A stretch of DNA of 64,000 bases from the NCBI GenBank assembly GCA_963675755.2, contig CAXXMD010000003.1, forward strand, positions 3,520,001-3,584,000, read 5' to 3'. The notes below the pieces were generated by a model, which worked only from the letters and a program-made list of their open reading frames with translations, did no database searches and was not told the DNA's origin. Position numbers and translations under genes: made by a program. Origin of the DNA: a bacterium (GTDB taxonomy: Bacteria > Zhuqueibacterota > Zhuqueibacteria > Residuimicrobiales > Krinioviventaceae). The first letter of the stretch is position 1, and each line of letters starts with the position of its first letter. This document shows positions 9,043 through 19,773 of the stretch, piece after piece.

Positions 9043-11076
9043 ATGATCACTTTTCTGGAATATTTAAATCAATACAACTCTGGAGATGAAAACATGACTG
9101 TGGATTCTGAGATATTAAAAAGTTTAATTACTCCTAACGGTATCACGATAGGTCAAGTATTTAGTAACAAAAAGCGGTTCTATATTGATATATATCAAAG
9201 GGATTATAAATGGGAAAAAAGTCAGGTCGAAACATTATTAAAAGATATCGAATTGCGATTTAACTTTACAGAGAGACTAGATATTGAATTGAAAAATGTT
9301 TGTGAGGATGTTATAAAGAGATTTAAACCCTATTTTTTAAACACATATTTAACTTGCAGAACTGCTAACAATGTTTCAATTATTGATGGACAACAACGTT
9401 TGACTACCTTATTAATTATTTTTATTCGTTTACAGCAATTAGTATCAGAAATACATAATAATAGAACTTATAATGTAAGAATGGTCAGTATAAAAATGCT
9501 TAATGACCTCATATTTGAAGAAGATGATTTTGGTGATCCCAAATTTTTTAAGATCTATAATGAAAATAGACAAGGTGCATTTCGGGCAATATTGAATGAA
9601 ACAAAAAACGAATACAGACCAGTTGATGAAACCCAAAAAAGGATCATTGATAACTATAATACAATTTCAAAGTATTTTAATGAATTTTTCAAATCTGATT
9701 CAGTTGAAAATGAAATAGATGTGAATAAACTAACATATTATATTTACTATCTGCTTGAAAAACTCAATATTGTAGAAATAAAAATTGAACAACAGGAAAA
9801 TGTTGCAACTATATTTGAAGTGGTAAATGATCGGGGATTAGGATTAAAATCTTATGAAATATTAAAAGGGAAATTGATCGGTAATCTTGAAAACCACAAA
9901 AAAGAAGAAGCAAATAATGTATGGACAGATTTACAAAACCAATATTATAACAGTGTCATTAAAAACAGTACTGAGAACACAATCGATTTAGATACATTTT
10001 TCAAACTTTATTTCAGAGCCAAATTTGCAGATAGTGAAGCAGACTATAAAAAATTTGAAGACAAGTATCATTATGAAATTTATCAAAATAATAAAATATT
10101 GAACTATTTTAACAGATTTGAAGATAACGAATCACTTTATAGTTGGGTAATGAATGAATTTAAATATTTTGCTGAATTGCATTTAAGAATAAGAACAACT
10201 TATGAAAACGAATATCTGATTTATAATAAATTACTTGACCAAAATCAACAGTACCTATTATTATTATCAGCGATCAAGATGAATGATCCTCATGAAAAAG
10301 AAAAAATTAATTTTATTTCCCAAAAATTTGATCAATTTCATACTGTAATTCGATTACTCGATATTTATGAAAGCAATTCTTTCCAAGATTTTATTTACAA
10401 ATTAAATCGTCAAATTAGAAACCAATCAATTGAGAAAATTGAAAAGATTTTTGACCATCTACTTATTGAATATCTCGAACAAGAAAATATCATTGTTCAA
10501 GATACTTATAATACAATTTCAGAATTATTTAAATGGGAGTTATTACAAAATGTTAGACATCGATGGTTAAATTTTTCAAAGTACGTCTTGATGCGAATTG
10601 ATAGATATCTTGGAGAAACACTGGACAAACCTTCATATTGTTTAGAATCTCTTGAAAAGTTGGAAGATCGTTTCAATAAAAATAAACGAAAAATATATGG
10701 AATGCATCTGGAACACATTTATGCTTATAATGAAAAAAATATTGATATTTTTAAAGATGATAAAAATATTTTTGATGAAACTGGATTCAATACTGTCAGG
10801 AATATGTTGGGTATGGTATTATTGTTAAAAGATTCTCAAAACATAAGCAGCAATAATGATATCTATAAATATAAAATGGAAGATTACGCAACAAGCAATA
10901 TCATATGGAATGAACTACTTGTAGGTCATTTTGATTCGGTGGATATAAAACATTTACCGAAAAATCTTAATATTACAAAAATTGATCCAAATGATAACGG
11001 TGTCTTTCCTAAAAACATGGTTGAAACAAGACAAAAAGAATTAGTGGAAATGATAAAACTTATATGGGGTTTCTAA
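9043..11076 (+). CDS. GmrSD-like (DUF262 + DUF1524/HNH) modification-dependent nuclease
   Basis: YQRDYKW, IIDGQQRLTTL, IFEVVNDRG in the N-terminal half; LEHIYA..NMLGMVLLL..N in the C-terminal half. Confidence 0.85.
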   Translation: MITFLEYLNQYNSGDENMTVDSEILKSLITPNGITIGQVFSNKKRFYIDIYQRDYKWEKSQVETLLKDIELRFNFTERLDIELKNVCEDVIKRFKPYFLNTYLTCRTANNVSIIDGQQRLTTLLIIFIRLQQLVSEIHNNRTYNVRMVSIKMLNDLIFEEDDFGDPKFFKIYNENRQGAFRAILNETKNEYRPVDETQKRIIDNYNTISKYFNEFFKSDSVENEIDVNKLTYYIYYLLEKLNIVEIKIEQQENVATIFEVVNDRGLGLKSYEILKGKLIGNLENHKKEEANNVWTDLQNQYYNSVIKNSTENTIDLDTFFKLYFRAKFADSEADYKKFEDKYHYEIYQNNKILNYFNRFEDNESLYSWVMNEFKYFAELHLRIRTTYENEYLIYNKLLDQNQQYLLLLSAIKMNDPHEKEKINFISQKFDQFHTVIRLLDIYESNSFQDFIYKLNRQIRNQSIEKIEKIFDHLLIEYLEQENIIVQDTYNTISELFKWELLQNVRHRWLNFSKYVLMRIDRYLGETLDKPSYCLESLEKLEDRFNKNKRKIYGMHLEHIYAYNEKNIDIFKDDKNIFDETGFNTVRNMLGMVLLLKDSQNISSNNDIYKYKMEDYATSNIIWNELLVGHFDSVDIKHLPKNLNITKIDPNDNGVFPKNMVETRQKELVEMIKLIWGF

Positions 11077-11090
11077 TTTAGAGGGGTCTT

Positions 11091-14000
11091 ATGGTTGGTC
11101 AAATTGAGCGAGTTACTCAGAACCGTGTTATCGAATTATTTGTATCTGAATTGGGGTTTACCTATCTCGGTAACTGGGAAGAACGTCTAAACAACAGCAA
11201 CATCGAACAAGAACATTTAACAAAATATCTTCAAAAAACAGGTTACAGTCAAAACCTCATCAACAGGGCTATACAAATACTCCGCTCAACTGCCAATGAC
11301 TATCAAAAAGATTTATACCACAAAAACAAAAATGTATATAAATTGCTGCGTTACGGTGTCCAGGTCAAGGAAGAGTTGGGTGACAAATACCAGACTGTTG
11401 AACTCATTAACTGGCAGAATCCTGAAAAAAATGATTTTGGCATCGCTGAAGAAGTATCAATTAGTGGAGTAAACAATAAAAGACCTGATCTGGTTTTGTA
11501 TATCAATGGCATTGCGATAGGAGTCATTGAACTCAAACGCAGTACTGTATCCATAGGTGATGGCATCCGGCAGAACATTGCCAATCAGCAAAAAGAGTTT
11601 ATCGAACCATTTTTTACTACCATCCAGTTTATTTTTGCCGGAAATGATACAGAAGGTTTACGATATGGTGCAATTGGTACCCCTGAAAAATATTACCTGA
11701 AATGGAAAGAGGATGTTGAAGATAATACTCGTCTACAACTTGACAAATACCTGCTCAAGATGTGCAACAAAGAGCGTATTATAGAATTGATGTATGACTA
11801 TGTTCTGTTTGACGGTGGTAAGAAAAAGCTCCCCCGCCATCACCAATATTTCGGCATTAAAGCCGCACAGGATCACATCAAACGCTATGAAGGTGGTATT
11901 ATCTGGCACACACAAGGAAGTGGTAAAAGTATCGTTATGGTACTCCTTGCCAGATGGATACTGGAGAATAATCCCAACGCTCGAGTTGCTATTATTACTG
12001 ATCGTGATGAACTCGACAAACAAATCGAACGGGTTTTTAATGACGCAGGTGAGCCCATCAAACGTACTTCAAGCGGTAGGGATTTGATGACCCAGTTAGC
12101 CCAGGCAACCCCGCGATTGTTATGTTCCCTGGTACATAAATTTGGAAAAAGAGATGTAGATAATTTTGAAAAATTCATCAAAGAGTTAGAAAGCCAACCA
12201 TCAAACGCTGTGGGTGAATTGTTTGTTTTTGTTGATGAATGTCACCGTACCCAAAGCGGCAAACTGCACCGCACCATGAAAGCAATGCTGCCCAATGCAG
12301 TGTTTATAGGTTTTACGGGGACCCCCCTTTTGAAACAAGATAAACAAACCAGCCTGGAAGTATTTGGTAAATATATCCACACCTATAAATTCAATGAAGC
12401 GGTTGAAGACGAGGTTGTGCTGGATTTAATATATGAAGCTCGGGATATAGATCAGGCAATAAGCTCCCCTGATCGAATAGATGAATGGTTCGATGTCAAA
12501 ACCCGCGGCTTGAATGATTTTCAAAAAGCAGAACTTCGTAAAAAATGGGGCACCATGCAAAGAGTACTCAGCTCACGCTCCCGTATGGAAAAAATCGTTG
12601 CTGATGTGATATTTGATTTTAGTGTCAAACCCCGCCTCAATTCAGAACGTGGTAATGTTATACTGGTTACTTCCAGTATTTATCAGGCTTGTAGATATTT
12701 TGAGCTCTTTCAACAGACAGAACTCAGAGATAAATGTGCGGTTGTTACCTCCTATAATCCGAATACTCGTGATATTACCAAAGAAGATACCGGCGAAAAT
12801 ACGGAAACAGAAAAAGAACATATTTATAATGTTTATAAAGAGTTACTTGAAAATGTGACAACTAGACCCGGTAAATCTGAAACTGAAACCTATGAAGACC
12901 TGGTTAAACAAAAGTTTGTTGATGAACCTGCCCAGATGAGATTACTGATCGTTGTAGATAAACTATTAACAGGTTTTGATGCTCCCAGCTGCACCTACCT
13001 GTATATTGATAAATCTATGCAGGACCATGGCCTCTTTCAGGCAATCTGTCGTGTAAACCGTCTCGATACTGATGACAAGCAATTCGGTTTTATAGTAGAT
13101 TATAAAGACCTGTTCCGTCAGGTGGAAAACGCCGTCGCAGTTTATACTTCAGAACTCGATTACGATGAATTTGACAAAGAAGACTGTGATATCATGTTAC
13201 AAGACAGGCTGACTGCAGGCCGTGAACGTCTTGAAAATGCCATTGAAGCCCTTGAACTGGTATGTGAACCGGTTGAGAATCCCAAAGGCACACTTGAACA
13301 TATACATTATTTTTGCGGTAATCCTGAAATTCCGGAGGATCTAAAAGCCCGTGAAGTATTTCGCAATGCCTTATATAAAGGCACTGTTTCATTTATAAGG
13401 GCCTATGCAAATATCGCCGACGAAATGGAGCCAGCTGGTTTCTCCACACAACAAATTGAAGAAATTAAACAACGGTTAGACCACTATTTAAAACTCCGAG
13501 AAGAGATAAAAAGAGCCAGCGGTGAGACCCTGGATGTTAAAGCCTATGAAGCGGATATGCGATATTTGATTGATAATTACATACAAGCTAAAGACCCCAG
13601 AAAAATATCGGATTTTGGAGATTTATCACTTGTCGAGCTGATTGTAAATAGTGGAATTGCAGAAGCCTTAAATAGCTTACCCGATGGCATCCGGAGTAAT
13701 CAGGAAGCAGTTGCGGAAACCATTGAGAATAATGTTCGAAGTAAGATTATAAAAGAACATCTGATTGATCCTGCCTTTTTTGAAGAAATGTCAAGACTAT
13801 TAGACAGTATTATCAAAGAAAGGCTTACCAACGCAATAAACTATCAGGAATATCTTAAAAAGATTGCCACATTAATCAAGCTTGTTCATGAAGGAAAGAG
13901 TGATGATGTACCTGAAATTTTGGACACTCCTGCCAAAAGAGCATTATATAATAACCTGAACAATGATGAGGAACTGGCTATAAAAATTGATAAAGCAATC

Positions 14001-14138
14001 TGGGCTGTTAAAAAAGCAGATTTCCGTGGTAACAATCAAAAGGAAAATGAAATAAAAGGTGCTATTTACGAAATATTGAATGATGAAAGCGAAGTAGAAC
14101 GCATTTTTGCAATTGTGAAACAGCAACATGAATACTAG
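11091..14138 (+). CDS. hsdR: Type I R-M restriction/translocase subunit
   Basis: RPDLVLYINGIAIGVIELK nuclease motif, HTQGSGKS Walker A, DECH, FTGTP, LTGFDAP, QAICRVNR. Confidence 0.95.
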   Translation: MVGQIERVTQNRVIELFVSELGFTYLGNWEERLNNSNIEQEHLTKYLQKTGYSQNLINRAIQILRSTANDYQKDLYHKNKNVYKLLRYGVQVKEELGDKYQTVELINWQNPEKNDFGIAEEVSISGVNNKRPDLVLYINGIAIGVIELKRSTVSIGDGIRQNIANQQKEFIEPFFTTIQFIFAGNDTEGLRYGAIGTPEKYYLKWKEDVEDNTRLQLDKYLLKMCNKERIIELMYDYVLFDGGKKKLPRHHQYFGIKAAQDHIKRYEGGIIWHTQGSGKSIVMVLLARWILENNPNARVAIITDRDELDKQIERVFNDAGEPIKRTSSGRDLMTQLAQATPRLLCSLVHKFGKRDVDNFEKFIKELESQPSNAVGELFVFVDECHRTQSGKLHRTMKAMLPNAVFIGFTGTPLLKQDKQTSLEVFGKYIHTYKFNEAVEDEVVLDLIYEARDIDQAISSPDRIDEWFDVKTRGLNDFQKAELRKKWGTMQRVLSSRSRMEKIVADVIFDFSVKPRLNSERGNVILVTSSIYQACRYFELFQQTELRDKCAVVTSYNPNTRDITKEDTGENTETEKEHIYNVYKELLENVTTRPGKSETETYEDLVKQKFVDEPAQMRLLIVVDKLLTGFDAPSCTYLYIDKSMQDHGLFQAICRVNRLDTDDKQFGFIVDYKDLFRQVENAVAVYTSELDYDEFDKEDCDIMLQDRLTAGRERLENAIEALELVCEPVENPKGTLEHIHYFCGNPEIPEDLKAREVFRNALYKGTVSFIRAYANIADEMEPAGFSTQQIEEIKQRLDHYLKLREEIKRASGETLDVKAYEADMRYLIDNYIQAKDPRKISDFGDLSLVELIVNSGIAEALNSLPDGIRSNQEAVAETIENNVRSKIIKEHLIDPAFFEEMSRLLDSIIKERLTNAINYQEYLKKIATLIKLVHEGKSDDVPEILDTPAKRALYNNLNNDEELAIKIDKAIWAVKKADFRGNNQKENEIKGAIYEILNDESEVERIFAIVKQQHEY

Positions 14139-14853
14139 TATTCAAAAAATACAATTAGGTGAAATCACAATAGATGTGACACATAAAGATGTTAAGAACA
14201 TCCATCTGAGTGTATACCCGCCTGTCGGCAAGGTTCGAATAACAGCACCTATGCACATGGAACTTGATACCATTCGAATATATGCCATCTCCAAACTTGG
14301 ATGGATCAAAAAGCAGCAGGAAAAGATACGCAATCAGGAACGTGAAGCTCCCAGAGAATTCCTGAATCGGGAAAGTCATTATTTTAATGGCAAGCGGTAT
14401 TTATTAAGAATTGAATATGTTGATACAACGCCAAAAGTAGAGCTGCAACATGAAACAATGGTCTTACATGTTCGTCCAGGAGCAACAATTGAAAAAATGC
14501 AGAGCGTTCTCGATGAATGGTATCGCCATCATTTGAAAGAAAAAATCGTAGATTTAATCGACCACTGGGAGAAAATCATCCCTGTTAAAGTAAACGAGTT
14601 TGGTGTTAAAAAAATGAAAACCAAATGGGGTACCTGTAACACGGAAGCAAAACGAATCTGGTTAAATCTCGAACTCGCCAAGAAACCACCGGAATGCCTT
14701 GAGTACATAATAGTACATGAAATGATCCATCTCCTCGAACGACGACACAACCAGCGATTCATCAGGCTAATGAACGAGTACATGCCCAAATGGCGCTTTT
14801 ACCGGGATGAACTCAACAGACTCCCAGTTAGACATGAAGATTGGAAGTATTGA
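14128..14853 (+). CDS. YgjP/DUF45 (M48-like) metallopeptidase, a common companion of Type I R-M
   Basis: KTKWGTC, LEYIIVHEMIH (HExxH), HNQRF; overlaps the hsdR end. Confidence 0.88.
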   Translation: MNTSIQKIQLGEITIDVTHKDVKNIHLSVYPPVGKVRITAPMHMELDTIRIYAISKLGWIKKQQEKIRNQEREAPREFLNRESHYFNGKRYLLRIEYVDTTPKVELQHETMVLHVRPGATIEKMQSVLDEWYRHHLKEKIVDLIDHWEKIIPVKVNEFGVKKMKTKWGTCNTEAKRIWLNLELAKKPPECLEYIIVHEMIHLLERRHNQRFIRLMNEYMPKWRFYRDELNRLPVRHEDWKY

Positions 14854-15104
14854 AAAATATGGAGGGAAAAATGAACTTGAGTATTTTGAATAACATTCTT
14901 AGCCCACAAAACGGTGTGGCAATAATGGGGATTGTTGCAGTATGGAGTACTACAAAATTTGAATCTTCCGCATTTAAATACTGGTTACTAGTTTTTGCAC
15001 TTATTTGTGCAGCTGGTGCTATTGTCGGAGATATTCTTCATCAAAATATAAATAATTCTAATACTAAAAAAGCTATACCCGATCAAAAAAACAAGGGATC
15101 ATGA
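14841..15104 (+). CDS. Small two-TM membrane protein (start uncertain)
   Basis: Two hydrophobic segments; stop overlaps the start of the next gene. Confidence 0.55.
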   Translation: MEVLKNMEGKMNLSILNNILSPQNGVAIMGIVAVWSTTKFESSAFKYWLLVFALICAAGAIVGDILHQNINNSNTKKAIPDQKNKGS

Positions 15105-16558
15105 TGGCAAATCCAGAACATATTGCAAAAATACAACAAGGCGCCAGAGAATGGAACCGTTGGGTTGAAACACAAGGGGAAGATTTTATTGCTGATCTTG
15201 AAGATGGTCAATTGAGCGGATTAAATCTAAAAGACATAAACCTTAAAAAGGCAAACCTGCAAGGTGCAAACCTAAAGGGTTCAATACTCGATGGGGCAAA
15301 TTTACAATATGCATCATTACAAAATGCAAATTTGGATGATGTTAACTTGAAGCACTCTAATCTTGAACGAGCAAATTTGATTAATGCATCATTAGAAAAC
15401 ACGAAAATTCATAGTTCGACTTTGGATTATGCTGATGTTAGTGAAGCAAATCTTAAAAGTGTTGAAATACCTAATGCAAGTATAAAATTTGCAATTTTTA
15501 AAAATTCAGATTTATCAAAATCTCAAATATATAATTCCAATTGTTCTAACACAAATTTTGAAAAAGCCAAATTCCAAAATTCTAATTTAAAAGATTCAAT
15601 CTTTGAAAAATCAAATTTACAGTATACGAATCTCAACAATACTCAGTCAACAAATTCCAACTTTTCCAATTCAAATCTAAATGGAGCAAATCTATCTCAT
15701 TCAAATTTTGAAGGAGCAAAACTACATGGCGCAATTCTGAGTAATACTACTATGAAAGATACAATTTTTACAGGTTGTGATTTGATAAATACTAATTTTG
15801 ATAGTGCAAAACTATCGAATATTAATTTAAATCATGCATTTTTAGGAAAAGCTAATCTACATAGATCAGATTTGGATGGAGTAAAATGTAATCCAACTGA
15901 TTTCGCAGGAACAAATTTTACAAAAGCAGAAATATCATATTCTGATTTTAGTGAATCAATATTTTCAGAAGCTATATTTGATCAAACAGATTTTAGTAAC
16001 ACAAATTTTACAATGACTACATTTGACAGGTGCTATTTTCATAAAAATAAATTTGAAAATATAAAATTTTCTGAGAATCTACATCCAATTTTAAATGATG
16101 GTTCTGAAACATCCCAATATCATTGGAGAGATAAATATTTGAATTGGGCGCGTTTGAGAGCTATCGGTGCATTCCCTTTATTTGGTGTTTCCTGGAGTAC
16201 TTTAGCCTTTTCATTATTATATTTATACTATATTGATTTATTGAACCATTCACAATATATACAATTCATTCATTATCCAATTCCCACACCTGAACGAATG
16301 GTTTGGGTATTAAGGTCAAGCTTATTACTTGTTATTGGTAGTACACTATATAAAATTATTTGTCCTGCAAGAGTACAAGAGTTTTCAGAAACCCTATGGG
16401 TAGAACAACATAGTCATGCTCGTCTTTTATATATTGCAGAAAAACTAAAAAGACGATTTTGGCAATGGCCAACATTGATAACTACTATTCTAGGTGGTGG
16501 AATAGCTATATGGTTAGTCGCTGAAAGATTGTGGCAATTAATTGATTATATCTTTTAG
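15101..16558 (+). CDS. Pentapeptide-repeat protein with C-terminal transmembrane helices
   Basis: MANPEH..QGAREWNRW N-terminus, about 290 aa of A(N/D)Lxx repeats, three hydrophobic segments at the C-terminus. Confidence 0.85.
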   Translation: MMANPEHIAKIQQGAREWNRWVETQGEDFIADLEDGQLSGLNLKDINLKKANLQGANLKGSILDGANLQYASLQNANLDDVNLKHSNLERANLINASLENTKIHSSTLDYADVSEANLKSVEIPNASIKFAIFKNSDLSKSQIYNSNCSNTNFEKAKFQNSNLKDSIFEKSNLQYTNLNNTQSTNSNFSNSNLNGANLSHSNFEGAKLHGAILSNTTMKDTIFTGCDLINTNFDSAKLSNINLNHAFLGKANLHRSDLDGVKCNPTDFAGTNFTKAEISYSDFSESIFSEAIFDQTDFSNTNFTMTTFDRCYFHKNKFENIKFSENLHPILNDGSETSQYHWRDKYLNWARLRAIGAFPLFGVSWSTLAFSLLYLYYIDLLNHSQYIQFIHYPIPTPERMVWVLRSSLLLVIGSTLYKIICPARVQEFSETLWVEQHSHARLLYIAEKLKRRFWQWPTLITTILGGGIAIWLVAERLWQLIDYIF

Positions 16559-16593
16559 TTAAATACTATTTGAAAAACTAAGGGAATAAAAAA

Positions 16594-17379
16594 ATGAGTA
16601 TTGGAACATTTCCTTTCGGTCAACCAATCGAACCTGTTATTCAAACTGACAGAACACCTAAAAAAGTATTTGTTCTCGGAGTGTATGCAAGTGCTGTCCA
16701 TGCACGCTGGATCGGTCCTGACGGTAAAATAAGAATCCGTGCGGTCGCTGTCAAGAGTGAACCTTACATCTTTTGGCGGGGTGAAAATGCTGCCGAGTTA
16801 ATTAAATCAATCGAGGTTCCACAAGGGGCAGGTCATCTTGAACCTGCGGGTGATCAGTTTAACGGTCCATCCGGGAATACTTTAGATAGCCAAATACTGA
16901 AACCACTCGGGCTTGATAGATCTGATACCTGGTTGTGTGATTTGGTCCCTCATAGTTGCATGAATCCAAACCAGGAGAAAGCTTTAAAAGAAAAGTATGA
17001 TACCAGAGTTGAAGAATGGAATCTACCCCAATACAATTGGCCTCCTGTTCCCAAGGTGCTTGCTGATGAAAAGCGAGTGAATGAAATAGTTGATGAACTG
17101 AAGGAATCAAAAGCAGAAATACTTATTTCATTAGGGGATCAACCTATCAAATGGTTCCTTTCACACTATACAAAAAAGTGGTTAAAGTTGGATGACTTTG
17201 GCACCGATAATAACTTATATGGGAAATTTCATGATGTAAATATCAAGAGAATGGATATAAAAGTTTTGCCATTAGCTCATCCCCGTCAAATAGGCAAGCT
17301 GGGGATGCATTCTCCAAAGTGGTATCAGTTGCATGAGGAGTGGATTGGAAAAATAAAATATTTTTTAAAGTTTCGTTGA
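16594..17379 (+). CDS. Uracil-DNA-glycosylase-superfamily protein
   Basis: VFVLGxY, FNGPSG, LISLG and C-terminal LPLAHP segments match the UDG-fold layout. Confidence 0.6.
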   Translation: MSIGTFPFGQPIEPVIQTDRTPKKVFVLGVYASAVHARWIGPDGKIRIRAVAVKSEPYIFWRGENAAELIKSIEVPQGAGHLEPAGDQFNGPSGNTLDSQILKPLGLDRSDTWLCDLVPHSCMNPNQEKALKEKYDTRVEEWNLPQYNWPPVPKVLADEKRVNEIVDELKESKAEILISLGDQPIKWFLSHYTKKWLKLDDFGTDNNLYGKFHDVNIKRMDIKVLPLAHPRQIGKLGMHSPKWYQLHEEWIGKIKYFLKFR

Positions 17380-17429
17380 TTAATCTAACTATTAATATTA
17401 CCAGATTAATAATCTGAAAAGGGGTAGTC

Positions 17430-19235
17430 ATGAAATTAGTAAAAATGAAAATTAAAAATTTCCGTTGTTATAAAGATGAAATTACAATTGATTTTTCAAA
17501 TATTACAGCACTTATTGGAAAGAACGATATTGGGAAATCAACAATTTTAGAAGCTTTAGAAATATACTTCAATAATTCACTAGTAGTATGTGAGAAAGAA
17601 GATCTAAATATAAATGCAGAAAACAATGATATTGAAATTTCATGTATTTTTTCTGATTATCCAACCGAAATAATTATTGATAGCACAACACCGACAAATT
17701 TATCGAATGAATACTTATTAAATGAAGAAGATTTTCTTGAAATTAAAAAAGTATTCACAGCAACAATCTCCAAGCCAAAAGAAAAGATATATATTAATTG
17801 TATTCATCCATCTATAAATAATGGTAATGACTTACTTACACTTAAACAAGTTGATCTCCGAACTAGAGCTACTCAGCTAGAAATCCCTCAAGAAAATTAT
17901 AATGCTAATATTAATTTGTCGATGAGGCAAGCTATATGGGAAAGTTTTTCTGATTTACATTTAAAACAAACTCAATTATTAGTCGATAAAGAAGATACTA
18001 AAAAAGTTTATGAATCCTTAAAATATTATTTACCATTATTCGCTTTATTTCAATCTGATCGTTCAAGTAAAGATGACGATAAAGAAGTGACTGATCCGAT
18101 GAAAATCGCAGTACAACAAGCATTACAAGAGTTAAATGAAGAATTAGAAAATATTAAAACTCAAGTAAAAAATAAAGCAATAGATACGGCAAATAGAACA
18201 TTGTCGAAACTTCAGGAGATGTCACCAGAAATTGCAAGTGAATTGATTCCTGATTTTCGTACAGAACCCAAATTCGATAGTCAATTCAAGCTAAATATTA
18301 AATCTGAAAATGATATCTCCATAAATAAGCGTGGTAGTGGAATCAGGCGGTTGATTTTATTAAATTTTTTTCGAGCTGAGGCTGAAAGAAAATCTTCCGA
18401 GAATCAAAACTCCAATATTATATACGCATTTGAAGAACCTGAAACATCACAACATCCAGATCATCAGGAAATGTTACTAAAATCATTTATAGAATTAGCT
18501 AATGCAGGCAATACACAAATAATACTAACAACCCATACCCCAGCAATCGCTGGTCTCTTACCTTTAGAAAGTTTAAGGTTTTTAGATGTAGATGGTACAA
18601 ATCGGATTGTGGAAATTGGATCAGAAGAAGTATTTAAAAAAATTGTCGACACACTTGGTGTAATTCCAGAACCATTTTCAAGTAACACAAAAGCCTTGCT
18701 ATTAGTAGAAGGAAAAGGCGATGTAATTTTTGTTAAACATATGGCTACCCAATTAAAGAATGCAGGTTATATTTCACATGATTTCGAAGAAAAAGGATTT
18801 GCGATAATTCCAATTGGGGGTTGTGGAAATTTAAAATATTGGTCAACTCTCAAATTAGCATCTCAATTTAATGTGCCGTGGTGTATTCTCATTGACTCTG
18901 ATAAAGGTACAAATGAAGAAACAAAAAATATTTCTTCAATTCACAATTTGAGAAATGACGGAATAAAAGCATATTGCACAAGAAAACGAGAACCAGAGAA
19001 TTATATACACTATAATTGCTTTGGCTTGCCTGTAGGAACAATAGTATATAATGAAACTGATGATGCGAAAAAAATAATTAATTCAATCACAAGAACTAGA
19101 TCAAGTGATATTCTTGACATCTTTTGGCCTTTAATGACTATAGAGCAGATACGTGAAGTTGAAGAATATTCAGAAAATGGGGATACTCATTATGAGTTTA
19201 CTGAAATGTTTACTGATTTTTTATCTCTTGTTTAG
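17430..19235 (+). CDS. OLD-family ABC ATPase + TOPRIM nuclease
   Basis: IKNFRC, GKNDIGKST (Walker A), RGSG signature, FEEPETSQHP, LTTHTP, TOPRIM LVEGKGD..IDSD, REPENY. Confidence 0.88.
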   Translation: MKLVKMKIKNFRCYKDEITIDFSNITALIGKNDIGKSTILEALEIYFNNSLVVCEKEDLNINAENNDIEISCIFSDYPTEIIIDSTTPTNLSNEYLLNEEDFLEIKKVFTATISKPKEKIYINCIHPSINNGNDLLTLKQVDLRTRATQLEIPQENYNANINLSMRQAIWESFSDLHLKQTQLLVDKEDTKKVYESLKYYLPLFALFQSDRSSKDDDKEVTDPMKIAVQQALQELNEELENIKTQVKNKAIDTANRTLSKLQEMSPEIASELIPDFRTEPKFDSQFKLNIKSENDISINKRGSGIRRLILLNFFRAEAERKSSENQNSNIIYAFEEPETSQHPDHQEMLLKSFIELANAGNTQIILTTHTPAIAGLLPLESLRFLDVDGTNRIVEIGSEEVFKKIVDTLGVIPEPFSSNTKALLLVEGKGDVIFVKHMATQLKNAGYISHDFEEKGFAIIPIGGCGNLKYWSTLKLASQFNVPWCILIDSDKGTNEETKNISSIHNLRNDGIKAYCTRKREPENYIHYNCFGLPVGTIVYNETDDAKKIINSITRTRSSDILDIFWPLMTIEQIREVEEYSENGDTHYEFTEMFTDFLSLV

Positions 19236-19244
19236 TGTGATATT

Positions 19245-19748
19245 ATGTTAAGCTCAAAAACATCAAAATTAGATATTCACATATTTTGGTCAGGCCCTTT
19301 TTCTCTTGAGCAGATTAAAGAAAAGAATGATAAAAATCATTATGGAGTATACCAGGTTTACGGTCATCATCATTTGTATGGTGATAATGTATTATTATAT
19401 ATTGGAAAAGCAGAAAAACAAACATTTGGAAAACGTTTGTCGCAAGAGGAATGGCAATTCGAGTATGACCCGGATAATGTTTCATTTTACATAGGTCAGC
19501 TTGCTATTAAAGACAGTATCACGGTAAAAAAATGGGAAAATTTAATAGGTGTTTCAGAAAGATTATTAATTCATGCCCATAATCCGGCTTATAATATAGC
19601 TCATACTAGATATATAAATGAAGATGAAATTAAAGATATCGTTATACATAATTGGAACAGCTTCCGGAACTTGTTTCCGTCGATAGCAGGGAGTCATTAT
19701 ACATCTATATTTGATGATATTACTGAAGATAATATCTTACCTATATAA
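19245..19748 (+). CDS. GIY-YIG-like nuclease
   Basis: GVY..LYIGKA..KRL..E..LI..HNPAYN layout. Confidence 0.65.
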   Translation: MLSSKTSKLDIHIFWSGPFSLEQIKEKNDKNHYGVYQVYGHHHLYGDNVLLYIGKAEKQTFGKRLSQEEWQFEYDPDNVSFYIGQLAIKDSITVKKWENLIGVSERLLIHAHNPAYNIAHTRYINEDEIKDIVIHNWNSFRNLFPSIAGSHYTSIFDDITEDNILPI

Positions 19749-19773
19749 AAACCCAAAACAAGGAGATAAACTT

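Noticed and set aside
17430-19748. Calling the OLD nuclease Gabija, PARIS or a retron effector
   Set aside because: No UvrD-like GajB or RT is adjacent, and I cannot distinguish a fused PARIS from class 1 OLD by eye.
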